This document shows positions 37,738 to 55,089 of a DNA stretch of 64,000 nt, piece by piece. A program made the position numbers and the translations under genes. A model generated the notes under the pieces. It was not told the DNA's origin. It did no database searches and saw nothing but the letters and a program-made list of their open reading frames with translations. Source of the DNA: Eledone cirrhosa (taxonomy: Eukaryota); NCBI GenBank assembly GCA_964016885.1, contig OZ024743.1:213032001-213096000 (forward strand), read 5' to 3'. The first letter of the stretch is position 1. Each line of letters begins with the position of its first letter.

Positions 37738-38043
37738 TAATTTCAGCGAGATCGTATTTCGGCTGTGGTAAAAAACAAAGCGAAACGCAATTTTCGAGAT
37801 ATGCGGCAATGGACTAAAAGAAGACCAGAGCAAATAACAGAGGTTATAGAGGGCAAAGAAACTGAAAACGGCGGTCATGAAGCTATCAGCCACCGGAGCC
37901 AAAAAAACGAAGCAAGCTAAACAGGTTAAACAAAAGAATTTACCTGGACCTCCTGGAAATTGATGATATAATCCAGTGGGTGGTTTCTGTGACACCTAAA
38001 TCAATTATACTGCCTGCTTTCATTGTAAGCTTTTGGTATAACG

Positions 38044-38104
<61 letters not shown>

Positions 38105-38179
38105 TATATATATATATATAGTATATATATATATATATATATATAGTATATATATATATATATATAGTATATATATATA

Positions 38180-38288
<109 letters not shown>

Positions 38289-38537
38289 TGTGTGTATGTA
38301 AGTTCAGACACACTGAAGATTCAAAGCATTATCAATTAAGTTGACAAAATCGGGTGAAGAAATAGAGAGGTGAGGTTGAGTGGAGAAGAGGAACGCACCT
38401 ATTGCTCATAGACATCCCCAGCATCAGATCTTGTTTAAAAAGTACCATGAAAGTTTCTACATCTACCGGCTTCATCTATCGTGACGCTATCTGCGCATGT
38501 ACGGATATTTTCATAAAACCCAGCTGTTACATAGAGC

Positions 38538-38902
38538 CAGTGTCCTCGCAGTTGTATTCGCAGGGTTACGTTCCTATAGCATCTGCGAAGAGTGGAAAAC
38601 TGTGAATATTGGACGTGGTCCACAAAAATGCCTACAAACATCAAAATATAATAAAAAAAGAGGGAGCGTCTTATGCTAAGGGCGTTCAATAGGCCGGCAA
38701 ATACGGTATATTGTTATTAATAATTTAGCGTTAAAAATATATATGTTGCAACGAAAAATGCCCTGAAAAAATCGCGTAAGATATTTACGATTCCGCAAAT
38801 ATGCGGTGGTTTCCACGAACAATTATTAGTTAGGTTCTAAGGAAAATTCAGCGAATAACCGGGGCCGCGAATCCCGGAACCGCGAATGACGGGGGTACAC
38901 TA
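38538..38902. mobile_element. pogo/Tigger-like MITE (a related split copy lies at 42375-42525 and 43420-43592)
   Basis: Ends CAGTGT..TATTCGCAGGGTTACGTTCC and CCGCGAATGACGGGGGTACACTA. Confidence 0.55.
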
Positions 38903-38920
38903 TATCATCATATCCTAGAT

Positions 38921-39630
38921 CACAGGTTCTCAACCCATTTAGGCCAAACGCCCCCTTTTGTCCCTCGAAATCACGAAACGCCCCGCCACCCTATTTTTTC
39001 ATTTTTCAATATACTACTGATTTTTATATCAGTAGATTACTAAAAAAATCGATTAACAATATTCCAAAGATGTGTGTATTATCTGATTATGTATTGTATG
39101 TGGGTCCTAGATGTGTGTGCTATTCGCTTCTGTTTTTTTTCTTTTCTTTTTTTTATTTGTAATATTATTTATACAATAGGGAATAAAATAGATCTACAGT
39201 GTTAACTCGTTGCAGTTGAGTCAATAATTTCAGGCATGAAATACATTGTTATCGGTGAAGGAAAGATAAGATTCTAACTGGCTGCGCTCAAAGTGTCTTT
39301 GACCCAGTTGACTGTGGGTTTTTCCATTTTTAGGATCTCAATTACCGGTTAACGTCTCAATTACCGGACATGCCTGCACACCTGCTCACAGCTGCGGTCA
39401 GACTATAGTTATGCTGTCTGCAAGCTCATTCAAATGCATTCACACTGGCTGTCTCAAAGACATACAAATATGGCTTATAAAACTTACCAAAATAAAGAGC
39501 CTTCCAGCGCCCCCCTGACCCCCCCCCCCCGCTCCAAACGCCCCCCTAACGCGACCTTGCTCCCAAACGGCCCCCTGGAGTTCCGAAACGGCCCCCCGGG
39601 GGTGCATATGCCCCCCGTTGAGAACCTTTG
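38921..39630. mobile_element. hAT (Charlie-like) non-autonomous element
   Basis: TIR CACAGGTTCTCAAC / GTTGAGAACCTTTG with a perfect 8-bp TSD TCCTAGAT (38913-38920 and 39631-39638). Confidence 0.9.
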
Positions 39631-41013
39631 TCCTAGATGAAAATAAAGATTACATAAACACACAGCTGTAAAGGCGCGCGCGCGGAAACAGACGCAAATA
39701 GGCAGACACATATACACATATGCATGAATAAATTACATTGTTTGTTAGGAAAAGCCTTATTTTCTTTTTTATACATATTGATTTCTAACCTGTTATATTA
39801 ATGTATATATTACAAATGTATTAGTTTCCGGTATATATTTTAGCGAGGTCAACAGATAGAAATGAAATAAAAACTCGAGTCAACGATTTACTGCTTGATA
39901 TTCACTTAAAACCAGACATTGGCCTCAAAATCGAGATCTTCTATCTGGGTAAGTAACATTAGCCATCATCTCTGTTGTGTCACGCCCTCTCTCAAAAACT
40001 AAATAAAAAAAAAGCAACAACTAAAAATACGCAAAAACGTTAGGAATGACTGAACAACTGAAATACCTGGTCAATGAACCAGCTACGTCATACTAGAGGT
40101 TTGCTGGATGATGCCAAATTGAAGTACCACCTCCGCACAACTGCGACACTCCGGGATGTCGACAACAACACTGCCTTCGATCGATTGATAAGGAAGACGT
40201 TAGCACACAGATCTACTGTTACTGTTAGTTTCTATGGAACCAGTCAATTACAAGTCATCCAACGAATAAAAGTAGGCCTGGGGATCAATAAATCGTTTAC
40301 CTTTGCACTATCAACACATTTGGTGATGGGATCATTTTATTACTGCCAGTTTGGAAGAAATCAGTGACTCGCTTTGGTATTAAAACCATGTATAAATATA
40401 TTGACCTGTAACTCCTGATGGAGTTGTAGAGGCGCCGCAATAATATACAGCGTATCCCCCATCATACCGGAACACACCCAATTTTTTCTAGAGAAGGAGA
40501 AAAGGAGATAGAGTGAGTGTGTCTATGTAATAAAGAGGGAGAGGGAAAGAGATTTAGAAGAAGAATTGACCCCTGTACTGGACTAGAATTTTATCTATCA
40601 ACCTCGAAAAGGATGAAAAGCAAATTTGACCTCGGTGGGATTTGAACCCAGGGCGTAGAGAGATGGAATGAATACAATAAAATAGTTTATTCAACGTTCA
40701 AATGACTCGGCCAGGTCATCGCTTAGATAAAAACAACAACACACAACACATAGAAAAGCAAACAAAACAAAAAACAAATTTGAGAGGAGACAGCTGGTGA
40801 GAGATATGTGAAGTGTTTGCTTGCAGACACACACAATCAATAAGATCTGGCGTTGAAGTTTGCTGCACGTGAGCATGAAGCTCAGTTTCCTCTCGTTGTT
40901 CCAGATTGATACAAAACTGGTTTGTGAGCCCTTCCCAAGTGTCACGTCTGATGATCTAGTGAGTACAAGACTCATCACCCATAAAGAATATATATATGCT
41001 TACCCCGCCATAC

Positions 41014-41068
<55 letters not shown>

Positions 41069-41129
41069 GGATATCCATAGATAAAAAGCAAAGGAAAACA
41101 ATGCTCAACCTAATGCAAGAGAACTTATT

Positions 41130-41189
41130 TAGTTTAATTAAAATTTCATACACTTAACATGTTAAGTGTATGAAATTTTAATTAAACTA
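41130..41189 (-). repeat. Perfect 60-bp palindrome, probably a miniature fold-back PLE end (tail at 41070-41129)
   Basis: TAGTTTAATTAAAATTTCATACACTTAAC-AT-GTTAAGTGTATGAAATTTTAATTAAACTA. Confidence 0.75.
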
Positions 41190-41547
41190 TGTATATATAT
41201 ATATACACACGAAACCGCTATCTTGTGTAGACACTACACGTGGTAACGGCTAGATGAAGATTTGAACTCATTCTGTAAGGACGAATAGCTGGACATTATT
41301 ACACTTTCCTTGTTGACAATCCAATAATATCCACTTTCCGTGACTTACCATCTGATTAATTGGTGAAATATATTTCTTTAATGGGATATATAGAAGGAAG
41401 GTTAATCACTCTTAAAGGTAAATATTACCTATACTAGCTATGCGTGGTTACACGCGAGCAAAAATTATCTCCTGTTATTATTCATGTATATTTATATGTT
41501 AATCAATTTCTAGTTATTATATATACACATACATACATTTCAAGTTT

Positions 41548-41712
41548 GGTCAGTGGCACCTGCACCAGGACAATGTCGACTGCCACAAATCCATCCTGGT
41601 GACAAACTATATAGCCGATATGGATTCATGACGGTCCCTCATCCCCCCCCCTACAGTCTAGACTTAGCTCCATGTGATTTCTGGATGTTCCCGAAGCTCA
41701 AGGGTATCCGCT
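41548..41712 (+). pseudogene. mariner transposase fragment
   Basis: WHLHQDN..CH...HPP(P)YSLDLAPCDFWMFPKLK. Confidence 0.85.
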
Positions 41713-41714
41713 TA

Positions 41715-41760
<46 letters not shown>

Positions 41761-41768
<8 letters not shown>

Positions 41769-42345
41769 ATACTTTGGGAGGGTCATGTTGCCAATAAGAA
41801 ACACACGCACCAGTTGCTTTCACTTCAATTTATTATAAATTAAATTTATAAATTTAGGAATTTATAAATTTCCGGTTGGTTGGTTCCACAATCAGACGAT
41901 TGTTCATATATTGTCAAAGTTCTTTCGTCACACATTCTGTGACCTCTTCAGTGACTGGGGATTCTTTTCTTTGTTTTTGTGCCTCTCCTTTGTTCTCTCC
42001 TACGCCATCTTGTTTTTGTGTGACACACCAAAACAAGATGGCGTAGGAGAGAACAAAGGAGAGGCACAAAAACAAAGAAAAGAATCCCCAGTCACTGAAG
42101 AGGTCACAGAATGTGTGACGAAAGAACTTTGACAATATATGAACAATCGTCTGATTGTGGAACCAACCAACCGGAAATTTATAAATTCCTAAATTTATAA
42201 ATTTAATTTATAATAAATTGAAGTGAAAGCAACTGGTGCGTGTGTTTCTTATTGGCAACATGACCCTCCCAAAGTATAACAATATCGGTTTCAACACACG
42301 TTTTCGGATAAAGAATCTTGCTAAAGAAATTCAGAAACGAAATAT
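41761..42345 (+). mobile_element. Fold-back PLE pLTR element (palindrome 41761-42285 plus tail), same family as 48762-49465
   Basis: Near-perfect arms of about 258 bp. HHR-like GTCA CTGAAGA g-GTCACA..TGTGAC GAAA GAAC TT TGAC at 42091-42133, with its mirror in the other arm. Confidence 0.85.
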
Positions 42346-42617
42346 ATATATATATATACACATATATATATATATGCGGAGGTAACGTTCCGAGAGCACC
42401 CACGAAGAGTGAAAAACCGCGAATATTGAATGTGCCTATAAACGTTAAGATATAACGTAAAATATAACAAGAAAGAGGGAGCGTCTTATGCAAAGGGGCG
42501 TCGAATAGACCAGCAAGGGCGGTATATCTAAACTATAATAAAGTAATGAGCGCTAGACTGCGTACGGTTTATAATTTTTTATCCCATTAGTAAAATAAGT
42601 TGGATTACTTTGAATAA

Positions 42618-43001
42618 ATAATTGTTTCTACGTTAGGCACAAGGCCAGCAATTACCCAGTGCATTACTGGTACTTTATTTTATCGACCCCGCAAGGATGA
42701 AAGGCAAAGTCAACCTCGGCGGCACTCGAACTCAGAATGGCAAGGGCCGCAACTCTATACGTCAAAGCATGGCTTCGGACCCTCTCCCAATACTGCCAAT
42801 CCACCGCCCTCTATAATTGTTTCTACTTTAGGCACAAGGCCAGCAATTACCCAGTTCATTACTGGTACTTTATTTTATCGACCCCGTAAGGATGAAAGGC
42901 AAAGTCAACCTCGGCGGGATTTGAACTCAGATCGTAAAGGGACGTAACTATGCTGGAAAGCATGGCGTCCGACCCTCTACCGATACTGCCAATCCACCGC
43001 C
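42618..43001 (-). mobile_element. Tandem dimer of the tRNA-SINE (other copies: 40565-40680, 47148-47310, 47455-47650, 52845-53010)
   Basis: Two full units of the 18345 family. Confidence 0.85.
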
Positions 43002-43590
43002 CTTCTAAATAAATAATGAATAAATAATGAAATAATATTACATAATTTATCTACTAAATTTCGTGGCTGTTGATTAAATATATTTTGTTTATTTAAAGAT
43101 TCACTTCTTTAAAATTTCTGAAATGTCAACACTTTCGGTTGGCCCTCGCTTAAATAAACATACTAATTTTCTCTCACTAATTTTCTCCTAATGCAGTTTA
43201 TATATAATATCGTCTTTTTTTAATGTATCATGGATTACGTTACTGATTAAATAAGACAATGTAACACAGTCTTCGTTCAATTTCTATGTATTATATATTG
43301 TCAATTACGATTTTATTTGATGTATCATATCTACATGTATATATACCTGAGTATAATATCAATATACACACGACACTTGCCAGCAGAAGACCACCCGAAG
43401 GGTGGTTTTCTGCTAGTTGTTATTAAAAATTTAAGGTTAAATATATATATATTGCCACGAAAAAAGCTATTAAAAAATCGCGAAAGATATTTACGATTCC
43501 GCAAATATGCGATGGTTTCCACGAACCAATTATTAGTTAGGTTCTAAGGAAAATTCTGCGAATAATCGGGACAGCAAATGCCGGGGTTAC

Positions 43591-43760
<170 letters not shown>

Positions 43761-43949
43761 CGAAGGAAATGTGGTAAGGAACCAGGTGGACCATAACGCA
43801 CCAAAGTACTCAATACTTAGGGTAGTAGAGTGGGTAATAGGAACGAGTAGGACCCCGACGGCTGAGCTCAAGCCGATTCGACGGCTAATTCTGGACTGAA
43901 TTAGACGTTGAAACGGCTTGAGCTCAGCCGTCGGGGTCCTACTCGTTCC

Positions 43950-43980
<31 letters not shown>

Positions 43981-44761
43981 GGGGGTTGCGAGCATGACTT
44001 TGAATGAATGGTAAAGAGATTCACTTCGCAATAATTTGGTCCCTGGTTCAATCTGAAGACATGGTATTTTGTACAAGTGCCATTTACCATAGCCTCGAGC
44101 GACTGATACTTTGTATGTAAAATTGTGTAGATGGAACTGAGCTATGACGAATGGACGCAAAGTCCCCAGAAAACACAAAACATTTATAAACAAGTGCTTC
44201 AAAAATCATCTTAAACATTAGATATCATCAAAGAGCTCAGGGACAAAGTCATACAGAAATGCATCAGCCAACGAATAGTGAAACATGAAAACAACTGGGA
44301 TATTTGGTGAACTTTGATTTGGAACCATGAGGGAAAAGGAAGGGCTACAAACGCCTTAAGAAGCTTATAAAAATACATATATGTAAGTGTATTTATATAC
44401 GTGTCTATGTGAGAGTATCATGGCGATGCATAAATACACACACATAGTCACAAACATACACACACTTGCTCACAGACATACACGCACCTGCACACCCTCA
44501 TACGCACACACACATACACACAGACATACACGCATACACTCAAACACACAAATACATGCTCACAGACATACACCCACATACACACGCGCGCGCACACATA
44601 CGCACGCTCGCTCACACAGATATACGGACATTCTCATGGACGTACACAAACACAAAGGTCACAGTATTGAAAGAGGAAGATTGTACTTGATTAACGCCGA
44701 AGAGGTCATTCATCTATTTATTTAAACTGAAGTTTTGGACACCGTGTACTTGAGATTCACG

Positions 44762-44816
<55 letters not shown>

Positions 44817-44877
44817 CTACTTCTTACGGTACACATTGATGCAATTCAATTCAACATCTACAACTTGACATTTTCCT

Positions 44878-44916
<39 letters not shown>

Positions 44917-45101
44917 ACTCTTTATATATATTAGAAAGTGAATTTTTTTACAAAATAAAAAAAAAGAGGTATCCTACACGAGTGAAAGTATAGGGTGGCT
45001 TTTAAAAAAAATATATATTTATTTGGTTCCTTTACCGGTTTCGCAGTTCTTGTGCTTTTCAAAAGTAGAATTGAGATGGAGGGTTTGTGGTTTTCCTCAC
45101 A

Positions 45102-45221
<120 letters not shown>

Positions 45222-45310
45222 GTATATATGTATATATACATATATACACATATATACATATATACATATTAACATATATATATATGTATATATGTATATA
45301 TATGTATATA

Positions 45311-45365
<55 letters not shown>

Positions 45366-45567
45366 TTATATATACATATATATATTTATATATACATATA
45401 TATATATATATTTAATAGGAACGAGTAGGACGTCCAGAATTAGCCGTCGAAACGGCTTGAGCTCAGCCGTCGGGGTCCTACTCGTTCCTATTACCCACTC
45501 TACTACCCTAAGTATTGAGTACTTTGGTGCGTTATGGTCCATCTGGTTCCTTACCACATTTCCTTCG

Positions 45568-45922
<355 letters not shown>

Positions 45923-45970
45923 TATATATATACATATATATATATACATATATACATATATATATATATA

Positions 45971-46303
45971 TGCACTAACACCTTTGGCACAGCATTTGCA
46001 AGACTGCACCAAGACTGCACCAACCTCTTTGGCACAACATTTGCAATACAGCACCAAGATTTTTGGCACAGCATTTGCAAGATTGCACCAACCTCTTTGG
46101 CACAACATTTGCAAGACTCCGTCAACCTCTTTGGCACAGCATTTGCAATACTGCACCAACATCTTTGGCGGAGAATTTGTAATACTGCACCAAGATCTTT
46201 GGCACAGCATTTGCAATACAGCACCAACATTTTTGGTGTAACATTTTCAATACTGCACCAACCTCTTTGGCGAAGCATTTGCAATGCTGCATCAACCACT
46301 TTG
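45971..46303. repeat. 34-bp minisatellite, about 9-10 units
   Basis: TGCACCAACCTCTTTGGCACAGCATTTGCAAKAC. Confidence 0.9.
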
Positions 46304-46752
46304 ACACACGAGTCATATATTCACCCGTACGAGAGACAAATGCAACCTTTACACGTTAGCAATGTCTTTCAAATTCACATTTACAGACAGGTGGAAAATA
46401 AAAACCTATAAGGAAATCATAATTTCGAGGTAACATTTGATCCTCGATCAGTCGGGATTAAGGACTGATTAAGGACAGATCAGTTCTGATGGCGCAAGAA
46501 AGGTGCTAAATGAGTTAAAATAAACCCCATTGTATTCAACTTAGCTCTCAGCAAATCTAGACGTATAAGACAACCAACAACTGGTAGTTTTTGTTAGTTA
46601 TGTTTCTCTGAGGTTAGTAATGCTTGGGTATCTAGCTGAATCATTTGGTGACGATTGCTTCCGATATGGTCCTCTAGCAAGTGTGTCTGGGGACTCTGAT
46701 CCACTACTCTTTTAGGAATAAGTGAGTGAAGACGACGACGACGACGACAACA

Positions 46753-46786
<34 letters not shown>

Positions 46787-48265
46787 AGAAGAAGAAGAAG
46801 AAGAAGAAGAAGAAAGATGTTTGGTGAAAACCCAGCTTTGACATCTTGACTACGAAGCTTCCAGGAGGGTAGCTACAAAAATATATACTGCTTGGTTGAA
46901 AGACCCGAGCAGTGTTCACATAGTGAGTATTTTTAAGATTGGTATTTTATAAATTAGGTGTGTTAGGTGTTTACAACTGACGAAGTAATATGATATGATA
47001 TAGAAATAAAATAAACAAATAAACAAACAAAAACAAGATGTAAGACAGAAATATATTGCGTCTATGTTAGTTGATAGTTAACATCCATATATTTACGCTA
47101 TATTACATAAGGGTGTCTTACTAGTCTACTGTACTACTGTGTCAACGCGGCGAATTGGCAGATTTGCTAGAGCGTCGGATAGAATTTCTTTGCGGTATAT
47201 TATGTTGCGGCTCTCTACGCTCTGAGTGAATATACCGTCGAGGACAACTTTGCCTTTCATCCTTTCGAGGTCGATAAAAAATGTGCCAGACTAGAACTGG
47301 GGCCGATTTTTCCTCCATATCTCCTTCTCAATTCCTCTCTTTCAATCTCTCTCTTTCTCTGAAAGAAACCTGCTGTGTTCAGACCTGGAGAGGAGATGGT
47401 CTCCGCCAGGTTTAAAATACTTAAGCCACGTTGTATGTCATTACCGCACCCTTAATAATTGTTTCTACTTTAGGCACAAGGCCTGCAATTCTGGGGGAAG
47501 AGAAAGTCGATTAAATCCACCCCAGTGCATGACTGGTACTTTATTTTATCGACCCCGTAAGGATGAAAGGCAAAGCTAACCTAGGCGGGATTTGAACTCA
47601 GAATATAAAGGGCCGCAACTCTATGCCACGAAGCATGGTATCCGACGCCTTTAATAATAGACAATATTTTATGTAACACCGAAAAATAAAATATGCGATT
47701 ATGGGATAAAATAAACCCATTAAATTAGGGTAGTTAATTCAAGATTAATGTATAAAAGTATAAATTGTCGTTAATTATTCCACGTCAAAAAGATTGAATT
47801 TGATTAATTAGATTAAGATAATACATTTAAATCTAATCAATCTTAATTACTAGTTGTGTTTTTTTTTTAAAGTATTTTACTTTCAAAGATAGCGAATTTC
47901 TGTGAAGTAGTAGTTAATTCTATTTTATTAAGAGACGCCTATATAATTCAGAGTCAGGCAGACAGCATTAGCAAATTAAAACAACGATTCAAGAATGGTC
48001 GTTCTTGTTACCAAGGGCTACGAGAAAAGCACACGCACGCCACATATACATATGAATACATATGCGTACATATATGCACACACACAGATACGCACACACA
48101 CAGATACGCCTTCTTCATTCTGTCCGCCGGGGCTGTGGGTGGGCCTTATCGCGTACCAATACATTAGTTAAATACCATTCTTTCATCTGATACAACATAA
48201 TAAAGACTAAAGTGTTTAAAAAGAAAAAGAAAAAAAATTGATGTTGAAGTAAAAAAAAAAAAAAG

Positions 48266-48310
<45 letters not shown>

Positions 48311-48529
48311 GTATATATATATATTTGTGTGTATATACGTACTTGTGCACTTGTGTGTGTGTGTGTGTATAAATCTAACACCAAGACGTGTATAAATCTA
48401 ATATCATGCTGGAAGCAATCTTAGCCTCAAGTAGTAAGCTATTCACCAACTTGAAATTATATAATCACATTACTAAAGAGCGCTCTTTGTCATATATATA
48501 AGAGGCTATGAAGCCACATCCACGCACAC

Positions 48530-48626
<97 letters not shown>

Positions 48627-48761
48627 TACCAGTAGAAATAAAAGGAATCCTTGGTACAGTAAAATATATTTGAAAATTGATAAGAATGACTTTTCTGGTG
48701 ATTTCTATTCTTCAATGATAATCATTAAAGAATCATCTTTTTGCAATATATATATATATAT

Positions 48762-49571
<810 letters not shown>

Positions 49572-49644
49572 TGTGTGTGTGTGTGTAACAATGAAGTAGA
49601 CGCCAGTATGTTAGAATTCACCTCATATTATTGATTATATAATC

Positions 49645-49703
49645 GCTGTTATACGTATTTCGATGGTAAATGTTGTGTAACGTTTACAACATCATCAGAT
49701 AGC
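49645..49703 (-). ncRNA. Minimal type I hammerhead motif in a degenerate fold-back element (49586-49890)
   Basis: Reverse complement: GCTAT CTGATGA ..GTAAACGTT-acac-AACATTTAC.. GAAA T-ACGT-A TA ACAGC. Confidence 0.65.
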
Positions 49704-49951
49704 TATTACATAAATAATAAGATTGCATGAATGAAAAGTACACAATGAAAAAATGAAAATTAATCAGTTTCCATTTAGTGATAAGTCACGGGTAGGTTAT
49801 TGGTGTTGTTTCCTCAAAGACCTCCTGATATATTATGTAATCAATAAAATTAGGTAAATTCTAACCTACTGGCTTCAACTTCATTGTCATACTAATACTC
49901 CAGTGTACATAAACTTACAACTAACACAAAATATACCAAGTATATATATAT

Positions 49952-51256
<1,305 letters not shown>

Positions 51257-51906
51257 GAAAAAATGGGGAGAAGAATACTGCAGGTTGCACATGGATAACA
51301 TGTTATAAAATGAGTCCCTCATCAGTGATTTGCCAACGATCATAGATATTTCATTGCATTACAAATCACATACCTCACGTTGGTGCAATAATAACTAAAT
51401 TAAGTTATTAGGACAATTAAAACGCGTAAAGCGAGTGAGACAAGTAAACAACAAAGAGGAAAGCTAACCGTAGATAGGAAGGGAACAAGCTACATAGTTA
51501 TTCTGTCAGCATAAGCTGGGTGAATATATGAGCGCTTAGAAAAAAGACCTTTCGAGATGAATCCAAATGTAAGAAAGAAGGAAATTGTATTCGTCGCGAA
51601 CGGGGTGAAGTGAGAAGGGGAGAAACAGTGAGTGAGTGAGTGGAAGTGTGAGGAAGAGGTCAGTAGAGAGAAAGTGTTAACTGACATGACAGAAGGGGCG
51701 AAAGAAAGTAGGAGAAACAGAGAGAACGAGGGAGCAGTAAGAGAGAGAAAAACAGAATCGCAGTTTAGGTAAATATATGTGAAAAAATGGGGAGAAGAAT
51801 ACTGCAGGTTGCACATGGATAACATGTTATAAAATGAGTCCCTCATCAGTGATTTGCCAACGATCATAGATATTTCATTGCATTAAAAATCATATACCTC
51901 ACGTTG
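51257..51906 (-). mobile_element. Non-coding element with terminal direct repeats (family C; unit about 520 bp; also 58415-59045 + and 60559-61181 -)
   Basis: 51257-51382 is repeated at 51781-51906. The three copies share a pyrimidine-rich interior, each repeat carries CACTGAYGA, and all lie next to (TA)n. Confidence 0.75.
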
Positions 51907-52104
51907 CAACGCTTACGTCGACCTCTCAAAATTCGTTGGATTTTCTGATTGGACTTTCACCTCGAAACTGGATTCCAACCCGGAGTACACCTGAACTTAC
52001 ACCAGGAAATCTTTCCTATCTTTGAAATTTTCTTTGCTTCTTATATATATATATATACACACGCAAAATATACAAACATTTATACACACCCACACATGCA
52101 TATA

Positions 52105-52182
<78 letters not shown>

Positions 52183-52563
52183 CATATATACATCTGTTTT
52201 CGTCTGTGAGTATGTATGTGTGTGTGTGTGTGATGTAATGTTTTTTATTCTAGTCATGTTGCATAACTGCGATAATTATCATTCGTAATATAACTTTGTT
52301 CTTATACTTTCAATAAGGAGGTGTAGTGTTAAAAACAGCTTGACTCCAGAGAATGATTTTACTTTATCACATCAAATCATACCGAGTTCTACTTCAAATT
52401 ATTCTGCGGTCTATAAATTAATATCAATTGTCGTTGTTATTATTGATAATCACCTGATCAGCCATCACCAAATAAACTTACGATAAAAAGAATTCCATCT
52501 GTTACCATCCCGTCTTTCTTAACAGTTATCTTAGCCTAGCTCGCGGTCCAACCTTTACTTTCA

Positions 52564-52603
<40 letters not shown>

Positions 52604-53005
52604 AACACTTCTTATTTTTAAATATACTCCAGAGTAAGCAGACCCACCTGCGCTCTTCGTCAAGTGCTCTACCCTGCATACTGAAGTGTCGGCAACTAAC
52701 CAACACATACTCGAATTAATTATATATATGTATATATATATATATATTGATTTCAGAATCGGGCCAGATCGAGTCTTGAGCTGATCAATCGCGAAACGCA
52801 CGTCACACCTCAATAATGAAGATCTAACACGTCCTTTCTATTAAAGTTACGGCCCTTTATGATCTGAGTTCAAATCCCGCCGAGGTTAGCTTTGCCTTTC
52901 ATCCTTACGGGGTCGATAAAATGAAGCACCAGTAATGCACTGGGGTCGATTTAATCGATTTTCCCCTCCCCCAAAATCGCCGGCCTTGTGCCTATAGTAG
53001 AAAGC

Positions 53006-53040
<35 letters not shown>

Positions 53041-53151
53041 ATGTTTAACCCCGACAGCAGAGCTCAAGTCGTTTCGACCGCTATTTCTGGACTAAGTATT
53101 GAGTACTCTGGTGCGTTATGGTCCATCTGGTTCCTTACCACACTTTCTTCG

Positions 53152-53219
<68 letters not shown>

Positions 53220-53220
<1 letters not shown>

Positions 53221-53480
53221 CGGGATATTGTGAGTTCGATTCCCGAACCGGGCAGTTCGCTGAGACCTTGAGCAAGACTTTATTTCAGGTTTCTCCAGTT
53301 TGCTCAACTGGCAAAATGGAGTTGCAACATCATTGCCATTTACTTTTTCTTTCGACAAAATTGGTGGTATGGAAAAGAGAGATTGGTATGCATGGGCTAC
53401 TGTAGGTTTTCCACAAAAACATCTTGTGCCTCGGAGATGAACTTCCTTGGTCAGCTTACGATATATATAACAATCGGTAC
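53220..53480 (+). mobile_element. CORE-like tRNA-SINE, 5'-truncated
   Basis: B-box GAGTTCGATTCCC followed by GACCTTGAGCAAGACTTTATTTC..CTCCAGTT..CTCAACTG.AAAATG. Confidence 0.6.
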
Positions 53481-54124
53481 TAATAGTGACTGTTTGCTAC
53501 GAGTTTCATCGCTGCTGTTGGCTTATCAAAGCAGTAAAAATGTGATGAAACATTCGCAATATATAGTCTGAAGCAAGGATAAGTGATGTAGCAAATAGGA
53601 AATACGCGTGGGGGAGGGGGGAGTATAATAAGAAAGTTAGGTGTATCGGGCTGGGAAATATTTGCTACGTGTAACTTTAGTAGTGAATCAATTACACCGA
53701 AGCATTCAGTTTTAAAAAGCCGATTGCTTCGAAGTAAACATTCACTAAGGAATTCAACTTTCCTTTTGGACAATTCTACAGGAGCAGTTGAATCCAGCAA
53801 AGCTAAGCAATAGAACAACATATGAATTTTACAGTGGCTGCCGTTGCCTCCATAACAGCGAACCGATCATACCTATTTACCTAAAATGCAATGCCATGCA
53901 GTTGTTAGTTATAGCAGCCAAACCAGCCTCAAACCTACCATCTTAAAAAAATTTATAAAAATATCACGTTGGATTATGTATACTTAGAGACGTTATATCT
54001 GAAAGTCAGACAAGATTGTCGTAGCTGGAACAATTTTGAACATGGATCGGCTTGATGTGGAGGTAAATTATCATTGCTAAAGACGCAGATTGTGCCATTG
54101 ACGAGTTAAGTTGCATGACTGATA

Positions 54125-54300
54125 GCTCAGTGGTAGAACCTATAGAAGTGGAGACTTCCGGCGTCCCTGGACCACGGATTACATCTATGCTCACTGCTAT
54201 CGGACTGGAGTTGACTCACTGCGAGGTGTAGTGGCTGTTCCAGCGCGTCTCCCTGACTGTCCTCCGGGAGCAATTCATTCTCTATCATGTCGACCGGGAT
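54125..54300 (+). mobile_element. Second CRE-like LINE 3' remnant
   Basis: PIEVETSGVPGPRITSMLTAIG..*WLFQRVSLTVLR, homologous to 40-280. Confidence 0.6.
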
Positions 54301-55040
54301 CAAGAGGCGAAGGGTAAGTTAGTTAGAGGTGGAGGATACACGTTCGGACGTTACACATACTCAACGACTTGCACAGTAAAATAGTTACATGACTACTGAC
54401 ACGACACTAGACTGTGTTCCTTATAGAAATACAAAGTGTAGACTTCTTGGCTGGTCGTATAACAAATTATTGACTTGGCTATCTTAAATCTGTTTTATTC
54501 TCGCAGACGAATAAATTATTCTCTTGAATCTCAACCCTCATAAATGCCAATAAAATCAAATAAACAAAGAAAAGTACACAAAAGAAAGTCATGACCCAAA
54601 ACACAAACAACAGCAGTAGACAATCTGTAAGCTGCAAGACTTATAAATATGTATGTCTTGACTTTGTTGATAGGCCTTAGCGAAATAATCTCCATTATAT
54701 GAGGTGTGCTGTAGATAAAACCCATACACCAAGACATACAAAACAACGAAAAAGCACGAGCCAGCGAGGGAGATTGCATGTGGTCGTTTGACCTGCTAGA
54801 AATAACAACTAAAACATACTCAAAAGCCGCCTTAAACAGAAATGACTTCTACAGGACTAGAACTGTTTCATTCGTATGAAATGATCAGGAATGAAACAGT
54901 TCTAGTCCTGTAGAAGTCATTTCTATATATAATAAAGATGCCTATACTCTACCAATGTTACCCCCTCCCCCCTCCCCTTCGAAACCATTCGGGAACCTAC
55001 ACATACACACATATGTACAAATACGTGGAAACATACACGC

Positions 55041-55073
<33 letters not shown>

Positions 55074-55089
55074 TGTATGTATGTATGTG

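Noticed and set aside
40040-40367. 97-aa ORF in higher-complexity sequence as a host exon
   Set aside because: No recognisable domain or convincing splice pair, and all minus-strand frames contain stops.
45971-46303. CRISPR-like array (also 822-1017 and 61320-61895)
   Set aside because: The units are contiguous with no unique spacers, the context is eukaryotic, and there are no cas genes.
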